Of a stretch of 45,171 nucleotides of DNA, positions 42,408-45,171 are shown in pieces. The stretch's first letter is position 1, and each line of letters opens with the position of its first letter. The notes beneath the pieces are model-generated. The model saw nothing but the letters and a program-made list of their open reading frames with translations, was not told the origin of the DNA and made no database searches. Made by a program: the position numbers and the translations under genes. Source of the DNA: Puniceicoccales bacterium (GTDB lineage Bacteria > Verrucomicrobiota > Verrucomicrobiia > Opitutales > JAIRLM01). The stretch lies in the NCBI GenBank assembly GCA_031287845.1, contig JAITSI010000073.1, positions 1 through 45,171 on the forward strand. Direction: 5' to 3'.

Positions 42408-43301
42408 TTAGGTGAGGGGGCGACCCAGGTAGCGCAGGAGCAAAAATTCCAGCCAGATGCGGAAGCCGGCCTCCGCGGAGAGGCAATCCCGCTGGCCTTC
42501 GCCGGAGCGGACGAGGAAGGACCGGGCCCAGTTTTCCTCCCGGAGTGCCCGCTGCATGGCGTTGATCTGCTCCAGGGGATCGCCGTCCAGGGGAATCGGC
42601 CGGTGCCGCCTCTGCCGGCGGCCGTGGAGGTCAAGCAAGGCGGTCAACCTTTGCCGGAGCGGGCGCCGGGCCACGGACCAGGAGGGAGGGTAGTAGCCGG
42701 CAAAGACGCCGGAGGAATTCTCCGTCAGCACGGTGCGGCCATCGGCGGTGAGCGAGTAGATCAGCGAGGTGGGAAAGAAAAAGGGAAGCGTCTGGCCGGA
42801 AAAGCGCAGCAGGAGCCGGGAAAGCCCGTCGTCGGAGCGGAAAATGAGGCAGAAAAATTGCTGGGGGCTGGCCGGGTCGGTCCGGGCCACGCACTCCAGG
42901 GAAAAACCATTCTGCCGTAGCAGATCCCGCATGGCCTGCATTCCCGTGGCGCCGGGCCAGCAAATTTTGCCATCCAGGGCAACGTAGCTGGGAAAAATGG
43001 GAGAAAGCCGGGAGCCGATGCGGTGGACGTGGAGCCAGAGCAGCATGCTCTCCCAGAGAAACCAGGAGGTGGCGCCGGTGGCGAAGAGCAGGCCGAGGGG
43101 AGCTGCCGGCGCGGTGGAAAGCTTGAGCGAACAGGCAAGGGCCAGGGAGACGGCCCACCAGCGGATCCAGTGGCCCAGGATGGAATAGCGCAGGCCCTTC
43201 TGCCGCAGGAAATAGCAAAGCAATTCTCCGGCAAAAAACAGCAAACTAACGCCCAAAAGGAGGATGGGACGGCTGGCCGGGGGGAATGGCATGGGAACCA
43301 C
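42408..43301 (-). CDS. Polytopic membrane protein of unknown function
   Basis: It is 297 aa with several N-terminal hydrophobic helices. The GTG start abuts the dnaN stop, and ATG 43292 is an alternative start. Confidence 0.55.
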   Translation of the reverse strand: MVPMPFPPASRPILLLGVSLLFFAGELLCYFLRQKGLRYSILGHWIRWWAVSLALACSLKLSTAPAAPLGLLFATGATSWFLWESMLLWLHVHRIGSRLSPIFPSYVALDGKICWPGATGMQAMRDLLRQNGFSLECVARTDPASPQQFFCLIFRSDDGLSRLLLRFSGQTLPFFFPTSLIYSLTADGRTVLTENSSGVFAGYYPPSWSVARRPLRQRLTALLDLHGRRQRRHRPIPLDGDPLEQINAMQRALREENWARSFLVRSGEGQRDCLSAEAGFRIWLEFLLLRYLGRPLT

Positions 43302-44428
43302 TAGGCGCTGCCGGTCCGCAGGGGCATGACCACGCAGAGGAAGGAGTCGGTGCGGCGGAGGACGCAGGGGTCCAGGCTGTCCCGCAGCTCCAAAAATAGC
43401 TCCTCGTCGGACAGTGCCCGCAGCGGTTCCACGAGGTAGCGCGGGTTGAAGGCAATTTCCAGTCCTTCTCCGGCGGGAAATGGGACGGCCAGGCGCTCGT
43501 GGGCTTCGCCGTACTCGGGGCTGGAGGAGGACAGCTCCAGCAGGTCCTGGGAAAACTTGAGCTGTACGGACGGTGCCGTGCCACTGCTCACCAGGGTAAC
43601 CCGCTGCAGGGCGTCCAGAAGGACCTCCCGGGCAAGCCGTACCCGATAGCGGGTCGCTCCGGGAATCACCTGGCGGTAGTTGGGATAGGCCCCCTCCACC
43701 ACCTTGCTGACCCCGTAGACGGACCGCGGCGCGGCAACGCTTTCGGGATAGTCGATGGCAAAGGAAAATTGCCGCGGGGAAAAGGCAATGGAGGCGGTGG
43801 TGCCGCCGGCAAGCAGCTCCTTCAGGGTGGTAACGGTGCGGGCGGGGATTGTCACGGCGCCGTCACCCGGCGAGTCCGGCCGGCTAATGGCGGCCAGGCG
43901 GCGGCCGTCGGTGGCAACGATTGTCAGCGAATCGTCCGCAAAGCGGAAGTGGATGCCATGGAGAATGTGGCGGTCCTCGTCGGCGGATTGGGCATAGTCC
44001 ACAAGCCGCAGCAGGCCCAGCAGTTCGCCGGCGGGCAGGGAAAGCTGCTGGGACGGGCCATCGGGCTCGGACAGGCCGGGAAAGTCCTCCACCGCCAGCG
44101 TCGCCAGGCGGAAGAGGGAACCGCCGCCGGAAATTTTTACCGCCCCGCCCCCCTTCTGGGCGACCAGGTCCACCGCGGCGCTGGGAAGGGCACGGGCGAT
44201 GGCGGCCAGCTTGCGGACGGGAAGGGTGACACTGCCGGCAACCTTTACCGCCGCGGGGATGGTGCAGCGCACGCCAAGGTCCAGGTTCGTTGCGCTGAGG
44301 GTTAGGGTCTCTCCATCGGCCTCCAGCAGGGCATTGGCCAGGATGGGCGCGGTTGGCCGCGCCGGCGCCACGCCGGCCACGGCCTGCAGTCCGCCGTTCA
44401 GCACATCCTTTTCCACGCGCAGTTCCAT
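43301..44428 (-). CDS. dnaN: DNA polymerase III beta sliding clamp
   Basis: From ATG 44428 the protein reads MELRVEKDVLNGGLQAVAGVAPARPTAPILANALLEADGETLTLSATNLDLGV... and is 375 aa. The 85-codon upstream extension of the ORF is Arg/Gly/Pro-rich and not clamp-like. Confidence 0.9.
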   Translation of the reverse strand: MELRVEKDVLNGGLQAVAGVAPARPTAPILANALLEADGETLTLSATNLDLGVRCTIPAAVKVAGSVTLPVRKLAAIARALPSAAVDLVAQKGGGAVKISGGGSLFRLATLAVEDFPGLSEPDGPSQQLSLPAGELLGLLRLVDYAQSADEDRHILHGIHFRFADDSLTIVATDGRRLAAISRPDSPGDGAVTIPARTVTTLKELLAGGTTASIAFSPRQFSFAIDYPESVAAPRSVYGVSKVVEGAYPNYRQVIPGATRYRVRLAREVLLDALQRVTLVSSGTAPSVQLKFSQDLLELSSSSPEYGEAHERLAVPFPAGEGLEIAFNPRYLVEPLRALSDEELFLELRDSLDPCVLRRTDSFLCVVMPLRTGSA

Positions 44429-44719
44429 TTCCCCAATTCCCATGCAAATTGCCGGCCCGGTCAAGGTCTTTCTTGTCCACCCATTCCCATTTCCGGCCGG
44501 ACGAACGGCGGCACGGCTCCTTCCGGCGGCACGGCGGACCCATCCGGCCGCGAACGCACCGGCGGGACGGGATGGGGAACCGGCGCCGCTGCCAAGGACT
44601 TGGCAGGGAAAATAATCCCGGCTTGTCCTTCCGTCTCCCGGACTTGCCCGCGGCGCCGCCCGCGGGCCGCTTGCCATTCCCAACGGCCCCGACCAATTTT
44701 TTAGCGAACGGGCAGATGC

Positions 44720-44857
44720 TCAGCCGGGCAGCCGCACGGCGGAAAGGATCCGCGTCGTTTGCGCAATCATTGTTCCAATCACGGCTCTATGATTGTCCCG
44801 ATCAGCCACTTGGCTACCAGGCCCCTGATCCCGTGCAATTTCACCGGAACCTCACAG
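44720..44857 (-). pseudogene. Frameshifted relic of the 3' end of a DUF1640-like gene, homologous to window 55..192 in inverted orientation
   Basis: The reverse complement aligns at ~80-85% to 55..192 and reads ...LHGIRGLVAKWLIGTII-(2-bp insertion)-VIGTMIAQTTRILSAVRLPG*. There are at least two frame-breaking indels. Confidence 0.65.
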
Positions 44858-44859
44858 GC

Positions 44860-45157
44860 TCAGGACCCGTAAAACCACATTCCACCTCCACCCGAAAAAG
44901 TGACCGATACGGACCTGTGGTGCAGGAGCTTGACATCTTGAGGGAAGGGCCTCTTACGGGCGCTGCCCGGCGAAGCGGGCAGTGCCGCGGGCCGGCCCTG
45001 ATGGCAAAAAGGTTACGCGGGGCGACCTGCGCGCTGCGATAGCAGAAGCATCGCCCAGCACCTCGTTCTATCATCTCCTGGGGTTGGGCCGGCCCGCCAG
45101 CTTTGGATGGAACCGTCCCTAACGCCCGTCCGTCCGGCGTCCCGAGCGAAGCGAGGG
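44860..45157 (+). repeat. Copy B of the ~300-bp dispersed repeat
   Basis: See copy A. Sequence diverges from copy A immediately after ...cgagcgaagcgaggg. Confidence 0.9.
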
Positions 45158-45171
45158 ATGATAGCGCATTG

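Noticed and set aside
44429-44719. oriC or DnaA boxes were sought upstream of dnaN.
   Set aside because: No dnaA gene is adjacent. I found only one 7-of-9 match to TTATCCACA (cttgtccacc near 44470) and no AT-rich unwinding element.

Overview
The first ~35 kb of the window is the right-hand part of an integrated temperate prophage; its left end lies outside the window. The virion module is podovirus-like (T7/BPP-1 type). It runs VRR-NUC nuclease, small and large terminase, portal, Bbp19-like protein, scaffold, major capsid, gp11/gp12-like tail tube, three internal core proteins of about 150, 709 and 1375 aa, a seven-gene tail-fibre locus, and a lipoprotein with a C-terminal TM helix. The prophage ends in a low-GC accessory block next to tRNA-Tyr(GTA), holding a YoeB/RHH toxin-antitoxin pair, a DUF721/DciA-like gene, a DUF3987 ATPase and a tyrosine integrase. 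The last ~10 kb is high-GC host DNA. It carries three genes resembling the Akkermansia Amuc_1101/1100/1099 pilus-like genes (resemblance judged from memory only), a low-GC orphan gene, tRNA-Ser(GCT), truA, ruvX, two small membrane genes and dnaN. The items most worth a second look are listed here. (1) An array of about 50 nine-bp units with a GTCAAC core sits inside a gene whose N-terminus looks like an RHH DNA-binding fold. (2) A moron island between the scaffold and capsid genes holds HU, a Panacea(DUF4065) antitoxin with an unknown toxin, and a reverse-oriented DnaB; it is bracketed by an 84-bp direct repeat and a decayed allele. (3) A mobile DnaB occurs together with a DciA-like gene. (4) A ~480-bp hyper-structured GC-rich non-coding region lies between the DUF3987 gene and the integrase, with covarying hairpins and a 12-mer that also occurs inverted on the other side of int. 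(5) Two copies of a ~300-bp repeat flank the tRNA-Ser..dnaN block, each abutting foreign or decayed DNA. (6) Several recombination scars are present. No CRISPR array, rRNA, reverse transcriptase/DGR, holin or endolysin was recognised. All family assignments are by eye from motifs and gene order, not from searches.
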